Origin: Bdellovibrionota bacterium
GTDB lineage: Bacteria > Bdellovibrionota > FAC87 > UBA2466 > JACKAF01
DNA length: 64,000 bases
Reading direction: 5' to 3'
Assembly (NCBI GenBank): GCA_041391485.1
Contig: JAWKNY010000003.1
Location: 104,360 to 168,359 of the forward strand
The position numbers and the translations under genes are program-made. Below the pieces are notes generated by a model that was not told the DNA's origin, did not search any database, and saw only the letters and a list, made by a program, of their open reading frames with translations. Shown here piece by piece: positions 29,462 through 40,199 of the stretch. Position 1 is the stretch's first letter, and every line of letters starts with the position of its first letter.

Positions 29462-31672
29462 GCGGCTTCCGAGTCGCTGGAGGGCTGCGCCTCGGCTTTC
29501 TTGGGCTGCATGTAGTACCGGTATGCGGAATCCAGACTAGCTTCCAGGCGCGTGTTGGTAAGCACCGTGTAGAGTGGCGCCCCGTCTTTCCGATGCAGAT
29601 CAATCATTCGCGCCGATTCCATGAGCTCCGAAGTAGTAATCGAGCCCTCGGGTACGGCGAAGAGTACCGCGTCGGAAGATTCAATCAAGATGCCGGTTTC
29701 CACAAAGTAGATAGGACCCGCGTCGACAACCACATAGTCAAAATGCTGTTTTGCGCGTTGTAGTAACGAGATCAGATCTTTCTGCAGATTCATGACATGT
29801 TCTTCCGAAGTTTTACCTCCGGGAGAGATGGGGCAGACTATCAGGTTTCGGTTGCCGCGCCATTCGTTCAGAGTCTGGTTTTTGATTAGATCCATCACCC
29901 ACGCAAGACTCTGGGCGACTGAGTAGTTTGCCCCCACGCTGACGGAAGTAATTCATCAGCTTTCGATTGGTGGCTTGGTTGTCGCCGTCAACGAGTAGGA
30001 CTTTCTTGCCGAGCTTGGCTAGCGCTGCAGAAAGGGCTGTGGCTGTAATCGTTTTACCTGCCATCGCTCTTGAACTGCAAACCAGCACAATTCGCTTTGA
30101 GGAAATGGTGCGCATGAGGCGAAACGCGAGTTGAGCCGTTTGAAGATTTTCCTCAAAACCCATTGAAAGAATTTTGCGTTTTAACGAGCGAATGTGTGGA
30201 AACTTTCCAAGGTACATCGGGCTCTGAAACGACTTCAGCTGTGAAGATCCCACGATAGTTTCTCGGTATATGTCCAATCCCACAATTCCACCGATTATGA
30301 GAAGCGTGACGGCAAAGCTCAATAGAACGAGTTTCTTCGTCTTGCTGGCGCCCAAGATATTTGAGTCCAGCATTGGATCCTGCAAGATTACTAATTTGCT
30401 GGTTCGGACATCTCCCTGGGTGATCACCGCAAGGTAATTCTCAGTGAGTACCTGTTGCATTTTTGCATATTGTTTTTGTACGAAGAGGAGCTGTTCTAGC
30501 TTTGCCTCGAGTTCGGGGTATTTGTTCATTTCAGACTTGTACGAATTCACCTGTCGTTTCACTTCTTCGTACATCGCCTTTGCACCTTTTTCTTCTGCTT
30601 CAGCGATTTGCACCATGCTTAGGGCCTTCTCCAAACCTTGTTGGAGTGCCCCGGTATCGTAGAACTTCTCGGTGTCCATTTCCTCTGAGAGCTGACTTCT
30701 CAGTCTGCGCAAACGCCGAGAGACATCCGCCTGTGACGCCGAGGGGAGGCCACTTTTCTGCTGACTCAAGAGAGCTGCTTCAAATTTTGCAATTTCTGTC
30801 ATGAGGGCGCGGATGCGAGGTTCATTGGTTTTGCTGACGCTTTCTTTCATCTGGGTTTTGAGTTTGCTTACCAGATTGCGCGTTTGAACCAGCCGCACGC
30901 TTTTTTCGGCAATGATCTGTTCTGCTTTGGCCATGGCACGTTGCGCTTCAATATAAGCTCGATACCGTTCCTCTAGCAGCTTCTCCCGGTGGGGCAGGTT
31001 GTTTTGACGAACGAATTCAGCGATAGCTTCGTTGGCTTTCTGAAGGTTATCATTTGTTTCTTGGACTTTTCTTTCAAGGAAGTCCGATACTTTCGCGGAA
31101 CGTTTTGCGGCGATTTCCAGATTGAGATCCAGCAAGGATTCGCCTATCAACTTTGAGATGCTAAGTGCCTGTTCCGGACTAGAACTTTTGAAGCCTATGG
31201 AAAAGTTTCCTCCCTGAATATCAGTTGTGAACGAAGTTCTAGCTAGAAAGTCAAAGTAGCCCCAATCGTAGAGATTGGCTGAAATCTCGTGCTGCTTCCC
31301 GAGGATGATGTACCTGACTATATCTTGGAGAGCGACTTCAAGGCCGGTTGAAGCGGGCTTAATGACTTGCTTTTTTTGAGTCAGCTTTTCTTTTACCGCA
31401 TTGTACACGGGATAGGACGCAACCAACGCCCTTTGAGTGAGGATGAGGTCCGTTCGCTCTCGATCCTTGAAAAGACCGGAGAACATTCCTCGGGTTTCTC
31501 CCAAGGTGACCTCAGGAATTGAAACAAAAATTTGGGTGCGAGCGATGAATTCGGCGGATAGGCTGCGGACAAATAGAATGAGAAAAAGATACGCGATCAG
31601 GCACGCGCCAATAACCCGGAACTTCCGGAGGCGGATTAGATTCGTAATTTGTTCAACTAAGGCCTTATCCAC
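29458..31672 (-). pseudogene. polysaccharide co-polymerase / BY-kinase (Wzc-like tyrosine autokinase), one frameshift near 29940
   Basis: 619-aa ORF has a Wzz-like periplasmic domain, coiled coil, TM and Walker A (MAGKTITATALSAALAKLGKKVLLVDGD); the 159-aa ORF in another frame carries Walker B DYVVVDAGP and a C-terminal tail. Confidence 0.7.
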
Positions 31673-31726
31673 AGCAGTCCTTCGGGTAGTCGTCCTTTAG
31701 CTTATCGGTGTAGTGGGGGCCAAGAT

Positions 31727-32995
31727 TTAGCTAGCGGCTTTCCGCGGTCCAGTACGGGCCTGGGAAGGGGCGGGGGGAGGGAATTTCTCTTTCTTTTCAA
31801 TTCCTTGAGTGGCCGCCTTGATTAGCGCGTGGCTGATTGACGTCCAGTCGTAAAATTCTTTTACCCACTGGAGTAACGCGAGGCGTCTATCGTCCGTGTG
31901 TTCGGGGAATTGGACTAAGCTTTGGAGGCATTCGATCCAGTCCTGTGGTTTCTGACAAACCGTAAAGGGCGGCGATGTCCCTGAAAAAAAATCGGACCGA
32001 ATGCAAGGAGACACAAACGTCGCTTTTCCCATCGCGGCACTTTCCAAGACCTTGTTCTTGATTCCGGTGCTGAACTGAAACGGGAAAACCCCGACAGCGC
32101 AGTCCTTCAAGCATTCCTCAATGTTTTCTGGGTTCTCCCTTAGTTCCACCCCGGGCATCTCGGCTATTCGCCGAACCCTTTTGTCGGGGAAAGATCCGGC
32201 GATGATAAAACGGTACAGGGAGTTCCGCTTGTACAACTCGGCGAAAACGCGATGGTAGAACCACTCAATCGCATGGATGTTATTGAAGTATGAAAGATTT
32301 CCCCAGAACGCTAAGAGGTGTCTGTCCCGTGGCGTCGGAAGGCATTCAAACTCCATTGTGCTAACCCCGTTGGGCAAGACAATTCCCGTTTCTGCCCCGA
32401 TGTACAAGCCGCTCCAACGCCGGTCTTTTGCAGTTACCCACGAGATACCGTTGAGTTTCGGACGAAAGAACCGCAAGAACAAGGCCTGCCTGGCGTAGAA
32501 AAAAAGCTCGCGGAAGGCGGCTATCGGGTAGTGGAACAGCTCAGTTAGAAAAAAAAGGCAGGCGTTGCGTAGGGGGTTGTCGCCCAGTATCCAAAATCGA
32601 CTCTTCGCCTGTGCCTGGACCAGGTAAGGACAAGCACCGGCACCGATTCCCAAGCAGACATCATATGTCTTTTTGTGACTCAACTCTCCAAAGTGTAGAA
32701 CCTGCGACGCTGGGGCATTGAAGTAGCGAGCAAGCCTCGCTAGCTTTCTTGAAAGCTTTCCTTTAGGTGCTTCTTTCGGAATCAAGTAAACGGGACGAGC
32801 GGGCACCTCTCCCGAGGTATGGGAAGTGAAGAGATCGACCTGATGTCCTTGTTTGCGGAGCGCTTCGGTCAGGTGGTAGGCAATGACGGTAGATCCGTCC
32901 CGAATTGGCCAATTGAAATCCGTGATGACAACCAGTACCTGCAGCGGCCTTGGAGTCTCCTCGTCAGTCGGATGGATTGGCGGCTTGTCGATCAT
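31727..32995 (-). CDS. glycosyltransferase (GT-B, family 1/4-like)
   Basis: N-terminal VLVVITDFNWPIRDGSTVIAYHLTEALRKQGHQV and C-terminal FIIAGSFPDKR...GVFPFQFSTGIKNKVLESAAMGKATF pattern of group-1 GTs. Confidence 0.6.
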   Translation of the reverse strand: MIDKPPIHPTDEETPRPLQVLVVITDFNWPIRDGSTVIAYHLTEALRKQGHQVDLFTSHTSGEVPARPVYLIPKEAPKGKLSRKLARLARYFNAPASQVLHFGELSHKKTYDVCLGIGAGACPYLVQAQAKSRFWILGDNPLRNACLFFLTELFHYPIAAFRELFFYARQALFLRFFRPKLNGISWVTAKDRRWSGLYIGAETGIVLPNGVSTMEFECLPTPRDRHLLAFWGNLSYFNNIHAIEWFYHRVFAELYKRNSLYRFIIAGSFPDKRVRRIAEMPGVELRENPENIEECLKDCAVGVFPFQFSTGIKNKVLESAAMGKATFVSPCIRSDFFSGTSPPFTVCQKPQDWIECLQSLVQFPEHTDDRRLALLQWVKEFYDWTSISHALIKAATQGIEKKEKFPPPAPSQARTGPRKAAS

Positions 32996-33007
32996 GAAAC
33001 TCCGAGC

Positions 33008-33631
33008 TTATTGGAAGCGGCTGATCAAGACGGTGGCTGAAACGGCAATGGACAGAACCGTGGCTACGACAGAAATCATCTGCATCGTATCGGGATGTAC
33101 TACCGGCCTGAAAAAAGGAATGTAGACGAGGTCGTCTTCCTGCATTAGCGGGATTGAATTTTCATCCGCATCCGCTAAACGATCTAAGTTCAGTCGATAG
33201 TTCTTGAATTCGTTCCCTACCCGCCTCTTGATGACCAGGTAGCCTTCGGCCGATGGAAGCAGTCCTCCGGCATAAGAGAGCAGAGTGACTAAGTCGGTTC
33301 GTTTGGGAATGTAATGTACACCCGCTTTGGGAACTGCGCCGAGCAAGCGCACGGGTACAAGCAGGGAGTCTGGCAGGTTACCTGCCCGGTACTCCGAGCT
33401 ACCCGCGAATCGTTGTTGGAGACTGAGAGCGTCGGTGATGCTTGCTGCAACGGCTGTTTGTGCCTCGACGAAGGCAAGCAAAATGGCGGCGACCAGGAAG
33501 CGGCAGCGAGTCAAATGGCAGGTTTTTGTGATCATCTCAGTACAACTATCGGAGAAAACGAGGATTCGCTGTAGATCTCGCTGGGGAGAGTTTGTTGCGG
33601 TGCGTCGTGTGGTTCTCGTTGGCTCGCGCAC
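33008..33631 (-). CDS. polysaccharide export protein (Wza/SLBB-domain family, short form)
   Basis: Signal peptide then an SLBB-like block VTLLSYAGGLLPSAEGYLVIKRR...LMQEDDLVYIP; in an operon with wzc-like and GT genes. Confidence 0.5.
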   Translation of the reverse strand: MREPTRTTRRTATNSPQRDLQRILVFSDSCTEMITKTCHLTRCRFLVAAILLAFVEAQTAVAASITDALSLQQRFAGSSEYRAGNLPDSLLVPVRLLGAVPKAGVHYIPKRTDLVTLLSYAGGLLPSAEGYLVIKRRVGNEFKNYRLNLDRLADADENSIPLMQEDDLVYIPFFRPVVHPDTMQMISVVATVLSIAVSATVLISRFQ

Positions 33632-33651
33632 CGGAGTGTGTCCTACATGAG

Positions 33652-34647
33652 CTAAGCCGCTTTGGATTCTCCGACGCTATTTTGAAGGTACCATTGGACG
33701 GTGTTGGCGATCCCTTGCTCTAGTGAATACGGGGCGGAAAAACCTTCTTTGTGTAGGTACGCACTAGAGAAGTGGGACGGCGTATTCAGCTTCTTGATTC
33801 GCTTTCCAGTGATAGGAAAATCTTTTCCTGTGGCGACGGCTAAGCCGTCTAGCAACTTGCCGAACGGAAAAGCAACGGTAAGGGGGATGCTAAGACGGGG
33901 GAGTTTGAAATTTCCCGACGAACATATCTGGTGAATGAGTTCCCATGAACTCACGCTCGGCTCATCGACTAAATTGAAAGTGTGGTGTTGCAGCTCTGGC
34001 CGCAGAAGCAGGTGAATCGTCGCCGCGACTACGTTTCCTATGTAAACAATGGACTTTACTTCGTTCAGCTTCCCGACACGTACGAAGTGGCCCTTGTCCA
34101 AAGTGCGAATGAGCCGGTAAAGGTTGTGAAGGTTCCCGGGACCGAAGATGTTCGTTGGTCTGATGATAAGCGCCCGCCGATCGGGCGCGGCGGCTCCCCA
34201 TTTCAGAACCTCTTGTTCGGCTGCCAACTTGCTCTTGCCGTAGTCCGAAAGAGGTTTCGTTTCCCCCTTCTCATCGATGGGATTTCGGCTATTGCTGGGA
34301 CTGTAGACCGCAACCGAGCTAAAAAAGACGAAGGTTTTCACGCCGTGCTCGGATGCTGCTTCCAACAAGGTGCGCGTTCCTTCTACATTGATTTCATAGT
34401 ATTCAGAGGCGCGGACCCCGAAGTCTTTGTGCGCGGCGGCCAGGTGGATAATGCCATCGCGGCCGTCTAGGCACTGTTTCACTAGTTTCTTATCGAGGAT
34501 ACTACCGACGGCCCGACTGGCCAGGGCTTTTCCGCCTGGTACGGTATCGAGTCCATGCAACTTGGCACCGCACGCTTGAAGCGCGGGACAAAGAGCCTGG
34601 CCTACAAATCCACTAGATCCCGTAATGAGGAGTGATGAAAAACGCAT
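33652..34647 (-). CDS. NAD-dependent nucleotide-sugar epimerase/dehydratase
   Basis: N-terminal Rossmann LLITGSSGFVGQAL; catalytic YGKSK (YxxxK); 331 aa. Confidence 0.8.
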   Translation of the reverse strand: MRFSSLLITGSSGFVGQALCPALQACGAKLHGLDTVPGGKALASRAVGSILDKKLVKQCLDGRDGIIHLAAAHKDFGVRASEYYEINVEGTRTLLEAASEHGVKTFVFFSSVAVYSPSNSRNPIDEKGETKPLSDYGKSKLAAEQEVLKWGAAAPDRRALIIRPTNIFGPGNLHNLYRLIRTLDKGHFVRVGKLNEVKSIVYIGNVVAATIHLLLRPELQHHTFNLVDEPSVSSWELIHQICSSGNFKLPRLSIPLTVAFPFGKLLDGLAVATGKDFPITGKRIKKLNTPSHFSSAYLHKEGFSAPYSLEQGIANTVQWYLQNSVGESKAA

Positions 34648-34732
34648 AAGTGCCCCAAGTCCTTATCGGCCGGACCTTGCGACACGTTGAGTCGTGAATT
34701 CGTGGGGATTCTTCTACGCAAAGCTGAGGGGC

Positions 34733-36030
34733 TTAGGCGTTTCCGGCTTCACTGCCAGACACTTTGACGCCATATTTGGCCAAAAGCCTATCGAAAACAT
34801 CGATCACATGGTCGAGATCTTTCTTTTCGTGACGGGTCTGCAAAGCCAATCGAAACACGGATTTGTTTTTTGGGACGGTTGGGTAAACGGCGGGGAAAGT
34901 GAAAATTCCTCGCGAATCAAATCCTGGGTGAAGGAAACATGATGCAGCCATGCTCGCGATGTAAGCAATCGGAACGGAGGCCGTCTCGTTCCCATCAAGC
35001 GAGCGCCCACTGCTGCAAGCCTTGGCTAAGTAGCGTACGTTGTCCCAAAGGCGTTCCCGCAGACTGGAGTCTTGCTCCATGATGTCCAGCGCTGCTGAGA
35101 CCCCCGCGATGAGCAACGGCGGGAGCGCGGCGCTGAATATGATTTTCTTGAACATAATTGAGATAGGTAATCACTTTGTTTGGCGCAAGAAAAGCCTCCG
35201 GTCGCACCGAGCGATTCTACTGAATGTCCCTCCAATGATATCCACTTCAGAGGACAATCCAAATTTTTCGCAAACCTTATGCCCTTTTTCACCGTGGACC
35301 TAGTAGCTGGAGTGAGCCTCGATTCACCAAAGCCGTGCGCCGTAATTTCTGCGGTATTGCCAGCTTGAGGATTTCGGGCAGCCGCGCGACATCCCTGTCC
35401 ATGCTGTACGCGCCTTCCACGATAACCAAATTCCGGATTTGGAGTCCTTATTGCGGGCCCGCTGCAAGGTGCTCTCCAGGCGTTCGGGGGAATTATGCGC
35501 AAAGATTCGCACCGTAGCGCCGCAGCTTTGGGCGCCTTCAAGGATAAGCGTGAGAAGAGCTATCGATCAAAAACGCGATCGTCCCGGTGGGCAAGCAGCG
35601 CGCTGGTGCGGCGATGGCATCAAAACCCGTCGGAAAGAGCAGGGCGGCTTCCTGCCGAAGGAATGCGCCAGCTTTCTCTTCCAAGAGCCGGTGCATGTAC
35701 GAATAACCGTTCCGGACTCTGGAGCTGCCGGCCCTACCCCATACCCTTCAAGCAGCGCTGGATGGCGTCGTGAACGGGTGATCGGTCAGACAGGTTAAGG
35801 TAATGTTGCTGGCGAGCATGATCATTGTGCGTTTTTCGCCAAAAAATCTCCATAGTTACGGTAGGTCCCGGGGCGATTCGATGGGGGACGCTGTACTGCA
35901 TGATTCCGTGTTGACGCAACGAGTCAATCACTCCGGAATAGGCGCGGGCCTTGGCGAAAACATCGCTGTGATCGACGCCGAGCTGGGCACAATGTTGATT
36001 GACAAGATAGTCTCGGTCCGAGATTAAATA
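34733..36030 (-). pseudogene. alpha-oxoamine synthase (KBL/AONS/SPT/CqsA-like class II aminotransferase), multiple frameshifts
   Basis: C-terminal 140 aa (34733..35155) align with the KBL C-terminus (LRERLWDNVRYL...FTFPAVYPTVPKNKSVFRLALQTRHEKKDLD). The 35026..35541 frame carries AHGFG...ISLEGHSVESLGATGGF, the PLP-lysine block with K apparently replaced by E. The 35760..36030 region in a third frame reads DRDYL...SVPHRIAPGPT (N-terminal AOS block). Confidence 0.6.
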
Positions 36031-36267
36031 GCTTGGGCAGAGAGCTGCTCCTCAAAAGAGTAGGTTGCTGTTGTGGTTCTCGTCCATCTGTCCCGTGAGG
36101 GGTGGCAGTGTGTGTCATTTCCCCGCAATTTTTCTCCGACTCATTAGATAATGGTTGGCTGAATTGCTGCCAACCATTATTTTGTGCGTTTGGAAATGAA
36201 TTCCCATGTCCACAGGTGGGGAAAGCAATACTTTGTTTGGACAACACCGGAACTGAGGGAACGTAAT

Positions 36268-37137
36268 GGGTTCAACACAAGATGAAGTGGAAGTTTCTGT
36301 ATGGCGTCAGCAACGACTTCTTCAAACTCTGGCTAGACGAGCGGATGAATTACACTTGCGCTTTGTTTGAAGATACCGAGAACTACTCTCGACAATTTCG
36401 AGCAGGCCTTTAAGACAACAAACTGCGCCGTTTAAGCCGCTTTGCGAATATCGGACCGCACACGGAAAGCGTGCTCGATATTGGCTGCGAGGGCGCTAAC
36501 ATCGAATACCAGGCATTGGTCAACAAAGTGCCCGACGTTCATGGCTTTACGTTAAGTCCGGAGCAGGCCAAAAAGTGCCAGAGCGCAATCTCCCCAACAC
36601 AACGGCTACTTGCGACGATTACAAGACTTATCAGCCGCCTTCGGAAATTTGATGCCATCATCAGCATTTGCATGATGGAGCACATCGTGTCTCCAGAAGA
36701 CGCGCGAGCCGGTAAAGCGATTGATCTCTATCGTGATTACTGAAGGGCCTATGAAATGGAAGCAACCCGGAACTTACTTCGGTTTGCAAACCATTACCCG
36801 CTGCCAAGTGCCGCGAAACAAGAAGGACTTGGATGATCTTCGCCACGCCACCTACGTGATCTTCCTCCCGGGTGCCGTGACACCCAGAGTGGAAGACATC
36901 ATTGTGGCAACCATCCTGTATTTTGAAGTGATGGAATGCACATTCCATGTGTTTTCACTATCGCAAGACCCAGAACACTGGCTAATCCTGCCTTCAGAAA
37001 AATGAATCCTTGATTCGCGAGAAGTGGGGCAGCCAGGTTTATGAAGACTACGATCGGTACCTATCGACGTGCATTAAGGCGTTTGAAAACAACTGGCAGT
37101 CGTTGCATCAGTATTCTCTGAAACGACTGGATTAACT
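36268..37137 (+). pseudogene. cyclopropane-fatty-acyl-phospholipid synthase-like SAM methyltransferase, at least 4 frameshifts and a degenerate SAM motif
   Basis: Across 4 frames: ...LYGVSNDFFKLWLDERMNYTCALFED (HYDLSNDFF block), DNKLRRLSRFANIGPHTESVLDIGCEGA (VLDIGCGWG block, glycines lost), FDAIISICMMEHI (motif II), YVIFLPGAVTP..., LIREKWGSQVYEDYDRYLSTCIKAFENNWQSLHQYSLKR (CFAS C-terminus). Confidence 0.6.
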
Positions 37138-37159
37138 GTAAGACGGATGGAGGCCCACC

Positions 37160-37405
37160 GTGGGTGAGACTGAAGTACTTTCTATGTTCACGCGCATCGC
37201 GAAGGAAGTTGAAAAAGATAAGAAATTTCCTGAGATAACGATGGACACCAAGATATCTGCACTAGGGATCGACTCTCTTTCTATGATGGAAATCGTGGGA
37301 GCGATGGAAGACGAGCTTGATGTGGTGATTCCGGATGAGAAACTGGCGACTCTGCAAACGGTTGCCGACATCGATCGTGTTATTCGTGAGCAAACGAACG
37401 CCTAG
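37160..37405 (+). CDS. acyl carrier protein
   Basis: 81 aa; phosphopantetheine-attachment motif LGIDSLSMMEIV; acidic helical composition. Confidence 0.8.
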   Translation: MGETEVLSMFTRIAKEVEKDKKFPEITMDTKISALGIDSLSMMEIVGAMEDELDVVIPDEKLATLQTVADIDRVIREQTNA

Positions 37406-37419
37406 TTTTAAAAACGAGG

Positions 37420-39165
37420 TTGGGAGTGCGTGAACGGATAGACTGTTCCACGTTGGTCGATCTGGTTCTTTCCAGAGCTGAGGCCACGCCGGAGCAACAT
37501 AGCCATATTTTTCTGCGAGATGGGCAATCTGACGAGCAGGTTGTGACCTATGCCGATTTGGATCGAAAGGCGCGGGCCTTGGCCGTAGCGCTAGCCCAGC
37601 ATACTTCTCCGGGCGATTCGGTTCTTATCAATCACAATCCGGGTCTCGAATACGTTTGCTCTTTTTTTGGTTGTTTGTATGCCGGCGTCGTAGCGATCCC
37701 GGTTTATCCCCCGCGTTTCAATCAGAAGTTGGAACGCCTGGATTCGATTGTCCGTGAAGCGCTTCCTCATGTGGCGCTTACTTCGGGCGGCATTCTCGAT
37801 AACCTTTCTCCGCATTTCGAAGCGCACCCGCTATTGAAGAACCTGCGCTGGATCGACACCGAGAAAGTCACCGCCCATTGGCGCGACTGGGTTCGACCTG
37901 ATATTTCGGCAAACTCCCTTGCCTTTCTCCAGTACACTTCCGGTTCCACCTCGCAACCCAAAGGGGTCATGCTGAGTCACGGAAATCTACTGAGTAATCT
38001 GGAATGTATTAGTGAGGCTTTCGAGGTTCACGACGGGAGTTCCGCTTTTTCCTGGTTGCCTCCTTACCACGACATGGGACTCATTGGCGGGATTCTAGAG
38101 CCGATTTACGCGGGCATTCCCGTTACCATGATGTCGCCGTACACGTTTTTGATGCGGCCGTTCCGGTGGTTGCAAGCGCTCACGAAGTACAAAACCACGT
38201 TTTCTGGGGCGCCCAATTTTGCCTACGAGCTCTGCACAAACAGAATCACTGAAAAGCAGATGGGCGAATTGGACTTGAGTCACTGGGAGCTAGCTTATTG
38301 TGGGGCCGAACCCATCCGAGCGGACGTTCTACAGCGATTTTCCGATAAGTTTTCGGCCGTGGGTTTCAAGGCCGAGGCGCTCTACCCCTGCTATGGCTTG
38401 GCCGAGTCGACGTTAATGGTAACCGGGGCGCACCGCCGCAAGGCACCCGTTATCGGTTACTTTGATCGGAAGCGTTTAGAGAGTGAAGGCCGTGGTGTGC
38501 ACACCGATCAGACCGTAGGGGCGAATGCTTTGGTGAGCTGCGGGAAAACTGTCGTCGACCACGAGGTGGCAATTGTAAATCCCCAAACTCTCGAGCGCTG
38601 TCCAGAGGGCTCGGTAGGCGAGATTTGGGTAAGCGGTCCTTCCGTGGCCCAGGGTTACTGGAAGCAGCCAGAGTCCACGTCACGTACTTTCGGCGTAAGT
38701 CTAGAGGGATCGGACAAGACCTTTCTCCGTACCGGGGATCTGGGTTTTCTTTTCGACAACGAACTCTTCGTAACGGGCCGCATCAAGGATATGGTAATTA
38801 TTCGTGGCCGCAATATTTTTCCCCAGGACGTCGAGCGGACGGTAGAACTGAGCCACCCTTCGTTGAAGGTCGGCTCGGGCGCGGTGGTTTCAGTCGAAAA
38901 GGGTGGGGAGGAGCGGCTGGTGATCATCCAAGAGGTCGCCCGCCAGGCTTTGCGCGAAGTGGACCTCGACGAAGTAGTCGAGAGCATCAAGAATCGGGTA
39001 GTTGAGGAATTTGGGATCAAGCCTTATGCTATTAGCTTAATCAAATCCAATAGCATCCCTCTTACGAGCAGTGGAAAGGTGAAGCGCCAGGCTTCGAAGC
39101 TGCAGTTTCTGCAAGGGGAACTGTCAGAGCTCAAACGGGTTTTGGAAATGACGGAAGCGCCATGA
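37420..39165 (+). CDS. fatty acyl-AMP ligase (FAAL-type adenylation enzyme)
   Basis: FLQYTSGSTSQPKGVMLSHGNLLSN adenylation motif; FAAL-like N-terminus (TYADLDRKARALAVALAQH) and insertion region; 581 aa; directly downstream of the ACP. Confidence 0.8.
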   Translation: MGVRERIDCSTLVDLVLSRAEATPEQHSHIFLRDGQSDEQVVTYADLDRKARALAVALAQHTSPGDSVLINHNPGLEYVCSFFGCLYAGVVAIPVYPPRFNQKLERLDSIVREALPHVALTSGGILDNLSPHFEAHPLLKNLRWIDTEKVTAHWRDWVRPDISANSLAFLQYTSGSTSQPKGVMLSHGNLLSNLECISEAFEVHDGSSAFSWLPPYHDMGLIGGILEPIYAGIPVTMMSPYTFLMRPFRWLQALTKYKTTFSGAPNFAYELCTNRITEKQMGELDLSHWELAYCGAEPIRADVLQRFSDKFSAVGFKAEALYPCYGLAESTLMVTGAHRRKAPVIGYFDRKRLESEGRGVHTDQTVGANALVSCGKTVVDHEVAIVNPQTLERCPEGSVGEIWVSGPSVAQGYWKQPESTSRTFGVSLEGSDKTFLRTGDLGFLFDNELFVTGRIKDMVIIRGRNIFPQDVERTVELSHPSLKVGSGAVVSVEKGGEERLVIIQEVARQALREVDLDEVVESIKNRVVEEFGIKPYAISLIKSNSIPLTSSGKVKRQASKLQFLQGELSELKRVLEMTEAP

Positions 39166-40164
39166 GAACGCTGCAAGAATTAATGAGTGCGACAGCCCCC
39201 TTTGCAAAAGAGGACCTGCGCAAAAGCTGGTGGCATCTGATTTCGACGTCGATCGTGTTGGGATTGTTGCTGGTCGGGACCTTGAGTCCGCTTCCTCTTG
39301 TTTTGCGAATTGTGATGAGCTTACTCGCGGGTGGCGTGACGGTACGGATGTTCATCATCTATCATGACTACCAGCACGGAGCGATTTTTCGTAACTCGTT
39401 AGCTGGCCGTCGATCATGAACACTCTCGGGGTCTCGGTTTTAAACCCTCCGAATATCTGGAATCGTTCTCATAATCACCACCATAGTCGCAATTCGCAGA
39501 TTGCCACCGCCAGTATCGGCTCGTTTCCCATTATGACGGTAAGCGAGTACGCGAAGGCACCTTGGCAAGCGCGTCTGCGCTACTGTTTGAGCCGCAGCCC
39601 GTTACCGTTTTTATCGGGGCATGTACTTATCTTTGTGGTCGGTATGTGCCTTAGCTCGTTTGTGAAGGATCCCAGAAAACATTGGGATTCGCTCGTGGCT
39701 CTCCTTGTTCATGTGGCACTTATTTGGGGGCTGGTGCATCTAGCCTTACGGCACTTGTATTGGCCTACCTTCTGCCTTTGTACGTGTCGTGTATGCTCGG
39801 GGCCTACCTCTTCTACATCCAACACAACTTCCCATCGATGCAGCTGAGACCCCGTGAGGAATGGACATTCTTGTTTGCGGCGCTAAACTCCTCGTCCTTC
39901 ATGGAAGGAAGCGCATTTGTGCATTGGCTAACGGGGAATATCGGTTACCACCATGTTCACCATCTAAATTCCCGTATCCCGTTTTATAGGCTGCCTGAAG
40001 CGATGGCAGCCATACCGGAGCTTCAGAACCCAGGTCGGACCTCGCTTCGTCCTCGGGAGATTGTGCGTTGTCTGAAACTCAAACTCTGGGACCCTCGGCG
40101 CAATCGAATGGTTTCGTTCGCTGAGTGTCACCCGGTGCGGCTGCTAGCGCCGGACTTCCAATAA
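39162..40164 (+). pseudogene. membrane fatty-acid desaturase (three His-box di-iron type), two frameshifts
   Basis: Three ORFs in three frames carry His box 1 (HDYQHGA), His box 2 (WNRSHNHHHS) and His box 3 (GYHHVHHLNSRIPFYRLPEA); frame changes near 39410 and 39700-39840. Confidence 0.65.
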
Positions 40165-40199
40165 ATTCCCTAACTTGAATTTGCTTTGCTGCCGATAAC

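Noticed and set aside
35026-35541. 171-aa ORF as an independent gene
   Set aside because: Its translation carries the AOS PLP-lysine region and overlaps the AOS C-terminal ORF; interpreted as a fragment of the AOS pseudogene
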